Assembly: GCF_000143415.4 (NCBI RefSeq)
Contig: NW_003314265.1
Location: 2,807,181-2,871,180, forward strand
Source: Selaginella moellendorffii
Taxonomy: Eukaryota; Plantae; Lycopodiophyta
Direction of reading: 5' to 3'
DNA: 64,000 nt
The first letter of the stretch is position 1. Each line of letters begins with the position of its first letter. The notes under the pieces are model-generated. The model was not told where the DNA came from and made no database searches. It saw only the letters and a list, made by a program, of their open reading frames with translations. The position numbers were made by a program, and so were the translations under genes. Of the stretch, positions 12,524-24,300 are shown in pieces.

Positions 12524-12888
12524 TCTGAAAGTGCAGAAAAGAAGTTAAGACCATATAAAAAATGATTGGAGAATGGCCTAAATCATAACATACCAAATAA
12601 CCTCAATAGCATGAGGCCATATGCCATTATTCAAACATGCTATTGACACCCATGTGAAATTTCGCATTCACAAAATTGGCATGAGGCCTCATGCCATCTT
12701 GATATACACACAGCTGCAGGCAAGTAAAAACATACATGACAATACGCTAGCCATGAAATTGCAAGGGCCCAAGATGGCATGTGGCCTCATGCCATTTCTA
12801 AATGTGGTCCTAAGCCATTCCATGGTGAACATACCAGGAAGCACAAGTGCCGAATATCAAGAGGAAGCGGTAGCCACACCAAAGACAG

Positions 12889-13020
12889 TGCCGCTCGCAA
12901 CACCGCAACTGCTCGTAGCGCCGCTCGCAACACCGTAACTGCTTGTAGCGCCGCTCGCACAAACTGCCACTCGCATAAACTGCCGCTCGCAATGGCGCTT
13001 GCAATGCCGCAACCGCTCGT
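12889..13020. repeat. Short GC-rich tandem repeats (GCCGCTCGCA core, ~30-bp unit)
   Basis: gccgctcgcaacaccgcaactgctcgtagc is repeated and degenerates toward 13020. Confidence 0.8.
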
Positions 13021-13143
13021 AGACGCATAAACCACAGCTCACAACGCCGCTTACACAAGCAGGGCTCACTGTGCTCAACGGAACCAAGAACACGGCGCAC
13101 AAAAATGATAGACCTAGGAATGAGTTCGAGAATTCAAAAATAA

Positions 13144-15060
13144 CACACGCTTGAACGTCATATCAAACCCTCTGACAAACTAGATCTTATGATTCCTCTG
13201 ACAAATTTCAAACTGAGTAGCTTCTAGACTTTGCTGTCGGAGGTTGAACTTTGTCACATCATGTCCTTGCCTCGATCCAGCTGTGCCATGTCAGTGATTC
13301 GAACTTTGCCATGCCATGTCAACGATCCGCGCCAAAATTATTTGCCGTGTAAAGGAATAATTATGTTGTGTGTGTACGTCCATTTATGGCAATATAAGGC
13401 CACACGCCATTCAAAGAATAATGCTAGTCGAGCATTTTTTGGTGCATTTTTGGGTTCAAAATTGCATGAGCCCACACGCTATAAAGTTTACTTGTACCAA
13501 AAATAGAAACAGCTTTATTTACTTGGGAATTTAAGTGGTTGAGGCATTTTTAAACTTACAAACACATGCCCTACTTACATTCCTTTGGTTGCTTAAAATT
13601 CAAAAATATTATAAACCTTTCTTTTTGCATTGTCAATGTTTTCAATTATGGTTTTTGATTTTCGCAGGACCAGCCTAGTAATCTATTTGCATCTCGTCAT
13701 GTTTATAGCTAGCTTTCGTTTGTCCCCTTCGCTAGCCTGAGATACATCTGCTCGGCATCTGCCTCTTACAGCATTTGCCCAGAAAGGGCATCTTTCTTCA
13801 CGCAGCATTTGCCACATGTTTAGGGTTTAGGGTTTAGCAATTCAGTAGCTTGATAAACATGCAAATACAGAACTTGATGCAAAATCCTTTGATATGTCAC
13901 AATGCCCCTAGGACCATAAACATATTTCAATAGAGAGGGTCCTTTCATTTCATAACTCCTTACGTAGATCTTGGTGAAACCAGAGTTAGTGAAGTTGGTT
14001 TCTTGTGATCCCGCATCTGATTGTGATGTCCCTTTGTAGTGTCGATGGAAAGGTCAATGCACACCAAACTGTAAAATCTTGGAGCAAAATAACGGTCGGA
14101 TCTATGGCAAATGCCCCTGAAACATTGTAAGGCTCGTGTGGTCTCATGTGGTGTCCGATCGAGATGCTTCTTTGCAGGGTCATCAAGAAAGACATTGTAT
14201 ACCATTCTGTAAAATCTAGTTGCGATCTAACGGTTGGATCTCCAAAAAACTCAAAAAAATCTTGCACGTGTCAGAATATTCTAGGAATATACTCCTATGT
14301 GCCCCTGAACATGGCATGCGGCCCCACGCCATTCAAGAGATAACGCCAGATGACGCCGAGCATTTTTTGGTGCATTTTTTGGGATCAAAATTGCATGAGC
14401 CCACACGCTTGAACGTCACATCAAATCCTCTGGCAAACCAGATCTTATAATTCCTCTGACAAATTTCAAACTGAGTAGCTTCTAGACTTTGCTGTTGGAC
14501 GTTGAACTTTGTCACATCATGTCCTTGCCTCGATCCAGCTGTGCCATGTCAGTGATTTGAACTTTGCTATGCCATGTCAGCGATCCGCGCCAAGATTATT
14601 CGCCGTGTAACTGCTCGGCATCTGCCTCTTACAGCATTTGCCTAGAAAGGGCATCTTTCTTCACGCAGCATTTGCCACATGTTTAGGGTTTAGGGTTTAG
14701 CAATTCAGTAGCTTGATAAACATGTAAATACAGAACTTGATGCAAAATCCTTTGATATGTCAGGACCATAAACACATTTCAATAGAGAAGGTCCTTTCAT
14801 TTCATAACTCCTTACGTAGATCTTGGTGAAACCAGAGTTAGTGAAGTTGGTTTCTTGTGATCCCGCATCTGATTGTGATGTCCCTTTGCAGTGTCGATGG
14901 AAAGGTCAATGCACACCAAATTGTAGAATCTTGGAGCAAAATAATGGTCAGATCTATGGCAAATGCCCCTGAAACATTGTAAGGCTTGTGTGGTCTCATG
15001 TGGTGTCTGATCGAGATGCTTCTTTGCAGGGTCATCAAGAAGGACATTGTATACCATTCT
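13144..15060 (+). repeat. Rearranged internal duplication in the transposon's divergent-promoter region
   Basis: 13144-13351 matches 14402-14610; 13748-14207 matches 14611-15060; 13386-13480 matches 14311-14409. Both copies carry TTTAGGGTTTAGGGTTTAG (~13819, ~14682). Confidence 0.9.
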
Positions 15061-15935
15061 TTATTTAGCTGAACATCTGGCATTTTTGGAAATACAAGAT
15101 GCTTTGGAATATCCAATCATGCATGGTATAAATATAGCGAGGGTATTAAATGATATCCCAATCATGATCTTTCTTTTGGATTTCGCGTGCATGCAGTCCG
15201 AGGAATGATGACGTTGCAGATTTCTTTTGGATTTCACGTGCATGCATGCGCGCGGCGATCCAGAAATTAATGGTGGCGCCCAAGTCCGAGGAATGATGAC
15301 GTGGCGGGATTACCAACTGTTGTGACATTTCGCGCGTGTGAGGTTAGGTTTTGCATCGTACTCGCGCTCGCATCGCGCTCCCACTCGCGATCACACTCAC
15401 ATTCGCGCTCATCTACCTTCTCTACAGGTTTCTCGTGTGCATCGGCGTCCACTCGCGCTTGCATCACACTCGCGCTCGCATCGCGCTCGTGTGCATCGGC
15501 ATCCACTTCAAGACACACCCAGTTTGTAACTTCGCCGCCAACTCCACCGCCCACTCTGCCACCCACACGCAGCCCATTTGGCGTCCCGGGAGATTTCAAC
15601 GCCACTCTCCAACTGTAAGTGGCAGAGTAGCCTTGCTGCTATGATCCGCTGCACACACAGTGCACATTCGCCAGCGAGTCCGGCCTCAATTATCACGCCT
15701 CCATTCAGCTTCAAATGGTAAGTCTTTTAGGCCAAGTAGAAAATGGCAGGAGGCCACATGCCATTCAGTAGCAACATTGGCATGCACCGATTGGGCTCTC
15801 GAGTGCAGTCCGGTTACAGATGGCATGTAGCCTCACGCCATCTTAGGATGCAACCTCAAGACATCTGATGTAGTGGTGAATGGCGTGTGGCCTCACGTTA
15901 TTTCTAGCTGCTAGCTTTTCATCTGTCAGCTCTAA

Positions 15936-18900
15936 TTGTTGTGCATTTCTGAACAGGCGAGGAATTGCGTTCTTCTTCCAGCCACTGTCAATGTGGATGC
16001 AGAGAAGGGGGAGGAGCTCACCAGTTGGACTTTCGGGATGGAAGGCGAGGATCTGAGGCTGTACAACACAGATGGTGGGAGAAAAGAATGCATGGGGATC
16101 CTCATCCAAGTGACAGACACTCCATGCAGTTCCATGCAGGAATATGGACTGGCACTTGTGGTAGAGACAGCGTCCGCCTTCAAGATCCACCTTGCATATC
16201 CTAGCGGCTTCCCGGAGGGGGGCAGCAGCTATGAGGAATTCCTAGAGGGAGCTAGGGAGAGGTTGTCCAGGAGGCCCACAATTTCAAAGACGCTGCGGGT
16301 CTATGAAGATCACATGGAATCCACGGACCTCACCTACGGCGATGTTCAAAAACTATATTCCAACATTGAGCCGTTGAGAGTGCCTCCAGTTCGCGAAGCG
16401 AAGGGGAAGGGGGTCGATTTGGAAACTACCCCGAAGCAGAAAAGGGTGGTCAAGCTCAAGCCGACGTCCGACTCTCCTGCTCCAAAAAAGAAGCTACTCG
16501 GTGATGCCATTGCCTCGGGTTCGAACACTACACCCACCAAAAAGAAGAGCCGCAAAGAGCAAAAAGAGCAAAAAGAGGCAGCAAAAATCGTCGCAGATAA
16601 TAGTACTTGTTACTATTCTAACAAAGTATATACAATCGATGTGAGCCGTATCGACATCCAAAGCAAATACAACCACATGCTAGTATCTGATGAGTGGGTG
16701 GAGAAACTGAAGCAGAAGATGCTGGCAAGTCCAGTAACACCCGACATCGCAGACGTGATCCCCTACTACCGAACAATGAAGGGCGAGACGAGGTTTCCAG
16801 TTGGACGATCAGAACATCCGGTTCTATGCCGTCTCCGGGTAGCATTCTAGCTTGGCGATGCAAGAGATAGTTGTGGATATTATGGTGGGCGAGGAGGTGA
16901 AGAAAGTCTTCAAGACAAGAGTTGTCCACCTGATAAAAGGCAACTCGCCCCTCCGATCTATCATATACATCTCCCACGCGCAGAATGTCAAGCAAGAAAC
17001 GTGCTACAAATCGGGTCTGCACGAGACATTGGCACGAACACGGAAGCTCTGGGTTCAACTGAAGAAGCCACAAAAACCAGGACAAGGACGTGCACTAGCA
17101 ACTAGCGCCTGGCAGGTAAGCCTCGTTGCATGTGGCATAGCATGTGGCCTCACGCCATTTCCATTGCAAGAATTCTCGAGTCTTCTCTCGAAAACACTGG
17201 GGGTCAATGACACACTCAGCATCCATAACATTCTACTCGCGACAAAAGTTGTTTTTGACAAATGGGTAAATGTGCTGAAGAGGTACCATGACGGGGAGTT
17301 GCTAAACTCAATGGGTGTGGAGGACGGCCGAAAGCCCAATGATTTGAAGCTCAACGCCTTGCGTTTCTCGCAGTCTCTAGACAACGACGACCTTCTGACA
17401 GTGGCTAATGCTCTTCTACATGGTGAGGTAGTCTTCAACAAGACCAAAATGACTCCCGGCCATATTGTGACATACGAGGACTTGTGCACGACTCTGAGAG
17501 CTCGTGCACTATTGAAGGATTGGATCTTCGAGCAAGTGGCCGTGGAGAGGGTGAGCATCGACACCACGCAAGAGATGATGGAAGAGCTGGAGTTGTCAAA
17601 TGAAGACATCGACGAGTACGTGAAGGGGGCCCCCAAGTTCATCGCTCTGCTGCGGGATGCCACGAAAAGTAAAGCTGAGAAGTTGGATCAGTATCCAAAT
17701 TTCATTAAGAGGGATGTCGACCGCCGGCTTCAGAAACAGCTCGACCCCGCAGCAAAGGCCTATCGAGAACCTTACCAGGTATACGTGAATTCGGATGAGG
17801 ATCAAAGGTGGAGGAGCATCGTTTCCCGCGGAGATGAGCAGGTCAAGAACATCTTTTGTGTGATGGACTTCACAAACGAGGAGATCACTCATGCAGACGA
17901 AGTCAGCTCCATCATTGACTTAATGGTGGGACTTGCGGAGGTGGAATCTTCAGTCCACTATATGATCTACGACTCCGAATCCTATCACAAGTTCTGGAAG
18001 GCCTTGAACGAAGTGAAGGCTCGGTTGAAAGGCAAGGAGATGCAGGAGATCCATGGGATAATGGCTAAGAAGAAGATACCGACGAATGTCCGCATCTTCA
18101 CACTCGCCCTTGTTATTGGTCCTGCAGCAGAGTGGGACTGGAGTGACTTCCCAGCTTCGTTCGACAAGGCCAATCGAATTGATCTGAGGGAGGTCAATTT
18201 ACCCGTGCCTGAGGAACTGAAGACGGCTATGGAGCTTTCGAATCCAGAGAAAGCTCCAGGTGCAACATGGGAAATGCTCAGCTGGGTCTTCAACGCAATA
18301 GCAGGTGGGTCACTTGCTTCCGACTCCAAGGGCAAATGCGTTGTCGAGTACAACAGCGGCGGACTATTCTTTCGAGCCGCACTACTCAAGGGTGTCCCGT
18401 GTGTTGCGGTGACAAACTCCACTACTCAAGGGTGTCCCATGTGTTGCGGTGACAAACTCCATTGAAGAGGTGACTTCAATGGAGCATATAATTACAGTTG
18501 CCAAAGAAAAACAGTATATTCTCTGCGAACCTGGTGAGTACGCACTTTAAGTTTAAATGTTATCTCACAAGCTCTGTATGCAGGAGCGTGGCCACCCCCA
18601 GATGCTGAAACGGCGTTAACAGCTACTGTTGAAGATACCCATGTTGGGCCGAGCTCACAACCTGCACAAGGTAAGGTCACGTGAGGCCTCACGCCATTTT
18701 GATTATAGATCGTTGTGAATATTCAGACACGAGGGCTGAAAAGCGCACTGGTGGCGCGTCGAAGAAGGACAAACAGACAAGCAATAGGAAAAAAGGAGGT
18801 ACAAATTATATTTGCAATGGCGTGTGGTCTCATGCCATTCCTTGCAGGAGACACTTCTTCAAAGGCAAAACAGGCAAACACCAACCAAGCTCAAATTGAC

Positions 18901-19600
18901 AGTGGTCATAAAAAACGAAAGCACGTTGGACAGTCGTCGGGATCAGAGGCGTTTGATTCAAAAAGGAAGAAGGGCAACGAAAAGATGATAGGTAATGCCT
19001 CGCGGTTATGGCGTGTGTGCTCATGCCATTCATTGCAGATCAAGGGCTGAGTGAAAGCAGCCAGTCATCACCTCCTAACTCAGATTCCTATGGCGGACTC
19101 CCCTTCCCCAATCTCAATGGAAAGGTACAATGGATGAGGGATGCTTTTCAAGTCAGGGCCACGTTTTTCTCATCTTGTCGTCTTCGAAGGGTGCAAGAAC
19201 GTGCAGAAACCATGTTAAGACAGTTGGGTGAGGATACGGTCCTAGGTCACGCACTAAAACAGGCTATGGATGTCTTGTATTTTGAGATGGAGACTTGGCC
19301 AGATGATTTTCCCAAGATGGTCCTGGAAGAACAAGCTATCCAGCCTGAGCAGCCTATGGAAGAAATGCAGGAGGGGGATGAGGAGCCAGAGAAAGATAAT
19401 GAGCAGGAAGAGCAGAAGGACGAAGAGGAGGACAAAGAAGAGGAGGACGAAGAAGAGGAGGACGAAGAGGACTTGGATGGTCCTCACAATGGTGACGATC
19501 ACAATAATGACGACGACGATGATGACGACGATGGCCAGCCTGAGGTGGCCAAAGACCAGCGGAGGAAGGTCATACAAGACAAACCATCAGGTAAATAATA
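15936..19600 (+). pseudogene. Transposon cargo gene: putative ParB/Srx-like domain, degenerate amino-(N6A/N4C)-methyltransferase-like domain and acidic tail
   Basis: YTIDVSRIDI..HMLVSDEWVEKLKQKM, then across a frameshift RFYAVSG*HSSLAM (TAG probably from CAG, giving GQHS). C-terminal NPEKAP..EMLSWVF...KGKCVVEYNSGGLFFRAALLKGVPCVAV. Small GT-AG introns and a D/E-rich exon at 19350-19535. Confidence 0.55.
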
Positions 19601-19859
19601 GTACATCCATTCCTAACCTTTTACCATTTCTAACATTGTCCATGTAGGTTGCAAAGCAAATGGTAAGTAGAGATTATTCAGTTGAATTAAGATACAAACT
19701 CTAGCCTTTAGTGTCGAGGAAGGATAGTGCCAAGCAAGGGTCGAAACGTATGTCCAATCCTTCAGAATCAGCAGTGTGCCCAAGTGATATCGGTCCTAGT
19801 TCCTCAATAGCAGTTGATGGTAAATACAGTATAGTCGATTCAATGTGCTAATGAGTTTG

Positions 19860-21364
19860 TTTTTAGTAGCCAGTAGGGAGGATACCATCTCAATCGAAGG
19901 GAGATATTTGGACATGCATATGGATCCGCCAGTGGACTCTACTTGCCTGCAAGAGTCATCAGAGCTGGTGGAGGCTACTATCCATATCAACGCCAAGCAA
20001 GCTGACCACGCTCCACTTGATGCTGCCCATACCACTGAGTCAATCTTGTCCACGTATCCAACTGACGGTGACCAGGCGCCATTGGACCCGCATGAGGCCG
20101 CCCCAGCTGCCGAGCCGGTCGTATCCTCATTTCCAACGGACTCAACATGTGCCCAATCGTTTGACTACGCACCGTTGGAACCTCCCTACACCACCCCTGC
20201 TGCCTGTTCGGTCATGTCCACTTTGCCAACGGAGGCACCAGCTGAAATGGCGTGTGATCACACGCCATCAGAACCACCCCATGCCACTGTTGAGCCAGTT
20301 GTACTAGAGTCTACAGCTGAAATGGCATGTGCCCACACGCCATCGGATGCGATTGACCCCACATTGCAGAGGAGAGTATTTCCGCCCTTCACGTTTCCTC
20401 GACCAAAACCCTCTCAACGACCATCGGGAGCACCATTCGCTAATATTGTAGATGGTAAAATTGACTTGTACCATTTTTTATGCTGACGCATTTCATTTCA
20501 GAGTCACGGTGAAGGTACTGTATCGTTTTTGATCTGAACAGTGTCCTTTTCTCCCATGAGCATGGCTCGTCCTCGAATGTCACTGCACCCTCCAAAGCCT
20601 GCGGTCGCAAGTTGGTCAAAAGAGACAGATTCACATTAATCACACAGGAGAAACTACGGGATCTAATAATGACCATGTGACACTTAAAACAGAGGGCCGG
20701 GTTTAATTTGCAATTGGGAGTTTGGACATCCATGATGCGCCACAATGCATTAACATTGCTACAGATGATGCACGATCAGATGCGAGTAATATTACTATTT
20801 GACTTTCTCCTAACGCAGGAGGATTGCTTGACTATGGTCCATGTGAGGGGTAGCAAGCCCATCTTCGTCAAGCCAGAGGCTGTAGTGATGAACCGGACTG
20901 CTAGGTCAAGTGAAATCCTCATCATCGATGACTCACCGATTAAAACTGCAGCGAACACGCACACATATGCAGTGCACCCCATCTCTTGCAGTATGGAAAC
21001 TAGGGAGAAGAAACCGTATGTTCTGGGGGACCTTGCAAAACGGCTTGGAGCGATGGTGATAGAGAACCGGCCAGTCCAGGAGGTGGCTGCAGAAATCAAC
21101 CAAATGGCAGATGGAACGGTATATCAGAAGCCATTTGATCGGACAGACACCAGTCATCATTTATGGCATGTATATTGTCTAGCCAAGCACTATCCGCATC
21201 TCCATAATCTGCTCAACCGGATGGGTTCTTCGACCACTGAACATGAGCGTGGACGTATTGGAGAAGAGATGGCATTACTATTGGGTTTAAATCCTGATAA
21301 TGTGGAGAGTGATGAAATTCCAAGATTATTGTATAGGCGTTGGAGGCAAAAAATAACAGTCTAA
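19860..21364 (+). pseudogene. Pro/Ala-rich linker plus FCP1/NIF-like HAD phosphatase domain (possibly the same transcript as the upstream cargo)
   Basis: YCIVFDLNSVLF at ~20516, LGVWTSM, FLLTQEDC and ILIIDDSPIKTAAN. One in-frame TGA near 20678. Confidence 0.7.
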
Positions 21365-24300
21365 GATGGCATGTATTTATTTAAAAATGTAACTTATTAT
21401 GGCATGGGGTTCCATGCCATTGTATTAATATTAAAAGACAATTCTTTGAGAGGATTTGCATTATACTAGAAGTGTTACAACATGTTATTGGAAGTCTACG
21501 AAATTGTTTTATTAATAAGGGGAAAGTAAAGATTGAATGGGGACTTGGGCTCCATCTAGACTCGGAGCAACTGAGCCAATATTAAAAAGATGGAAAGAAA
21601 TTGGACGACGATGACAAGGAGAAGAGAGAGGTGAAGCAGTGGCAGGGGGAGGAGAAGTGATTGAGTAAACATTTCCTTGTTTAAAATAAAATGGCATGTG
21701 CCTTAATGCAGTTGAATTTTGTTATATTTATATACTATATAAAGGTTTGGAAACCTTATTTTACAAGTGGGATAATGACAATTCCCACTTTAACGAAATA
21801 GAGCTTGAAAAAAGAATTTTTAGAGGATAAAATAAGATTTAGTGGAGATATCAGGGTGATGGTGTGTGAAGAAAATGGATGGATGTTAATCTCACCAGGC
21901 CTGGGAGAGTCCTTCTCTGTCACACAAAGTTAACAATGATGGTGTGTGAAGGGAATGGATGGATCTTAAGCTCAATAAGGTAGGATAAAAGGAAAGCTTG
22001 ATCTTTTAGGTTAAGGAAAATTTGAGGTTAAGTTTAAATCAAAAGAATATTCTATATTCTGCCATGTTAGCAGTAGGTAAGAACTGAGGTAGTGGATGTC
22101 ATCTTTATTCTTGTCGATTGCATACATCCATTTGAACTGCTTGACTTCTAATACCACAATCTTGACCTACTGTTGATGTGGTAGAATATAGAATATTCAC
22201 TCGGTTCTACATTATAATAAACTAACACTTGCCTAGCATATGTTGTGTAGGTAGAAAAATACTGTTTTGATTTTTTAATATATTAAAAACTAAATTGGAA
22301 TTGTATCAAAAAAAAATTGTATTCCACTTTAATTATGCCTAGAAAATGTTAGATTGATTACAAAAATTAATTCTTGAAAACTTGATAATATAAATATTTA
22401 GAACAAAATATACTCCTAGGCATAAATAAGAATAAAGCTTCGAGCTAGAGTTCCTTGGTAAATGTGACCATCACAGATGGTCCAATCTGGTCAGTCACTG
22501 AGTAAGATATCCCAACATTCTTTAACTTACTCATGTTCCACTTCAAGAGTAACTACATTGATTGAGGCTCGTAATGCCCAAGGGGCAATGAAATATTGGT
22601 CGGGGCTAGTGGCATTCACCAAAGTAGACAGCTTAAGGATGTGTTGGTTCTTTCCAAGCTTAAGAGGAATGTGAAGAAAAATGTCCTTGAAAGTATGATC
22701 AAGACAACGTAAAAACCATGTCTTTTGGAGGCTGAAAACCACTGAGTGTCATCACACCACCCCCCTTGTCCATCCCTCCATAACAAAGAGAGAAAACGTC
22801 CTCCATGGCATTCTTCTCAACACCTCTGTCGTCGCTGGTGGAGGCGCCATTGCTGCCACTGGGTGGACCACTGGACCCGTTGGATCTAGAGCCTACGGGT
22901 CCAGATCTGCTGCTGGCACCTGTTCCCACGGGGACTGGGAGCTGCAGTTTCACTGGCCATTTACTCGCTTTCCTCTAGAGCTACGCCCTTTCCCTAAAGC
23001 AGCGGTGGAGATCCTCCATGCTGGGAGTGACAGTAGCGAGACTGTAGCTCCGGATCTGCTGCTGGTGCCTGTTCTTGCGGGGATTGTGGTGGTGATTGAG
23101 CGGGAGATCTCTGAGTAGAAGATCTCTGCCTGGGAGATCCAGGAGCCACAGCTTCACTGGGCATTTATTCGACTGCATCCCTTTCTTGCCCTTTCCCTAA
23201 AGCAGCAGTGCTCCACATCAGGCAATTTGTGCAGGAAAATTTAAAAGATCTCAACAAAAAAAGTTTGGATGATGATAGGAAAGACACTTGCATGTGACAT
23301 GTGTTGCTATGCCTTCTTCTCCCGCCCCACACAGCTTGGCCGCCTCACATTGACTGAGAGCAAACATCAGAAAAATTTCTCACGCAACCATGGCTACCGA
23401 CCCTGACCGGGGCCTGGGATCCAACGGCCAGCAAGCCTCCCCGCTATCGCTTTATATGTAAAGATATATATCTTACATTATTGTCTCCTTTGGAAGATAA
23501 AAAGGTGATGATGATAAATTAAGTGGAACATCTAAAGCTTCTATTAGGTGATTATAGACTACTATAAGAATCTGAATTTTCTATAAAACCACCAACGTAA
23601 TTGCTAATAAGTATGACTAAAAAAAATTCAAAGCTATAACATAAACATCAATTAACTATAGATTCCTGATGAACTAATTTCAACTCTATGTGCAATTGCT
23701 AAATGTTCAAACCAACCTTGAAGCCATAACTTTGAACTAAAACAAAAGACTTTAAAAGCCATTATAATCCTCATTGTAGTAAATAATATATCCCATCTTT
23801 AGGTTTGTTTATTGACAATCTTCTAAGACCATTATTAACTCAAATTTATGACTATTATCTTTATCTAACACCACATATAGAAGGTTGAACTCACTCTATT
23901 TATTTTCTATATCCTCTTTATCCCTTTAAAGAAAAAACACTTCTAAAGTATCAACTTTGTTCAAATTTATTGCATTAATCCTTATTCTACTATCTATGTT
24001 CTACCTCACTTCACTATTGCATGTATTTAACCTCACTAAATTGGGGCTAAATGTTTTATTCAAACTTGCTATATTCGTCTTTATTCCATAATCTATGTTG
24101 TTCATCCTAGCACAACTACAATATCTATTTGTCCCAATTTTATCATTGAGGCCAAGCTCTTATCTAGAAATTTTTAGCTACTATCAAAACAAAAATGATG
24201 AAAAAAATAAATGTGCTCAAAACATAGAAAATAAAGGGTTTTTTATTATAAAATACTTTAGCCACCACAATATAAACAAAAGATTCACACTCCTCAATAT

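Larger units (their letters stand above)
8608..21712. repeat. Dispersed 22-bp palindrome family, consensus ATGGCRTG-WGGCCW-CAYGCCAT (~25 copies)
   Basis: Copies of varying quality start at about 8608, 8697, 9297, 9457, 9603, 10946, 11003, 12606, 12676, 12774, 13386, 13461, 14311, 14390, 15743, 15820, 15880, 17137, 18676, 18817, 19008, 20247, 20322, 21399 and 21691. Confidence 0.93.
8066..21806 (-). mobile_element. ~13.7 kb TIR DNA transposon, Sola-like, with cargo genes
   Basis: Perfect 24-bp TIRs AAGCTCTATTTCGTTAAAGTGGGA (8066-8089; reverse complement 21783-21806). GAAA on both flanks (8062-8065, 21807-21810) gives a 4-bp TSD. Internal transposase remnant. Confidence 0.88.

Noticed and set aside
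13819-14700. Interstitial telomere or chromosome-fusion scar
   Set aside because: Under 3 units of TTTAGGG per site; better explained as promoter telo-boxes copied by the duplication.
8608-21712. CRISPR array or integron attC-like cassette interpretation of the palindromes
   Set aside because: Spacing is irregular (tens of bp to kb), the context is eukaryotic, and no cas or tyrosine-recombinase gene is visible.
22440-23460. Possible LINE ORF1 or 5' end on the minus strand
   Set aside because: GC-richer with short ORFs and small repeats, but no diagnostic motif I can support.
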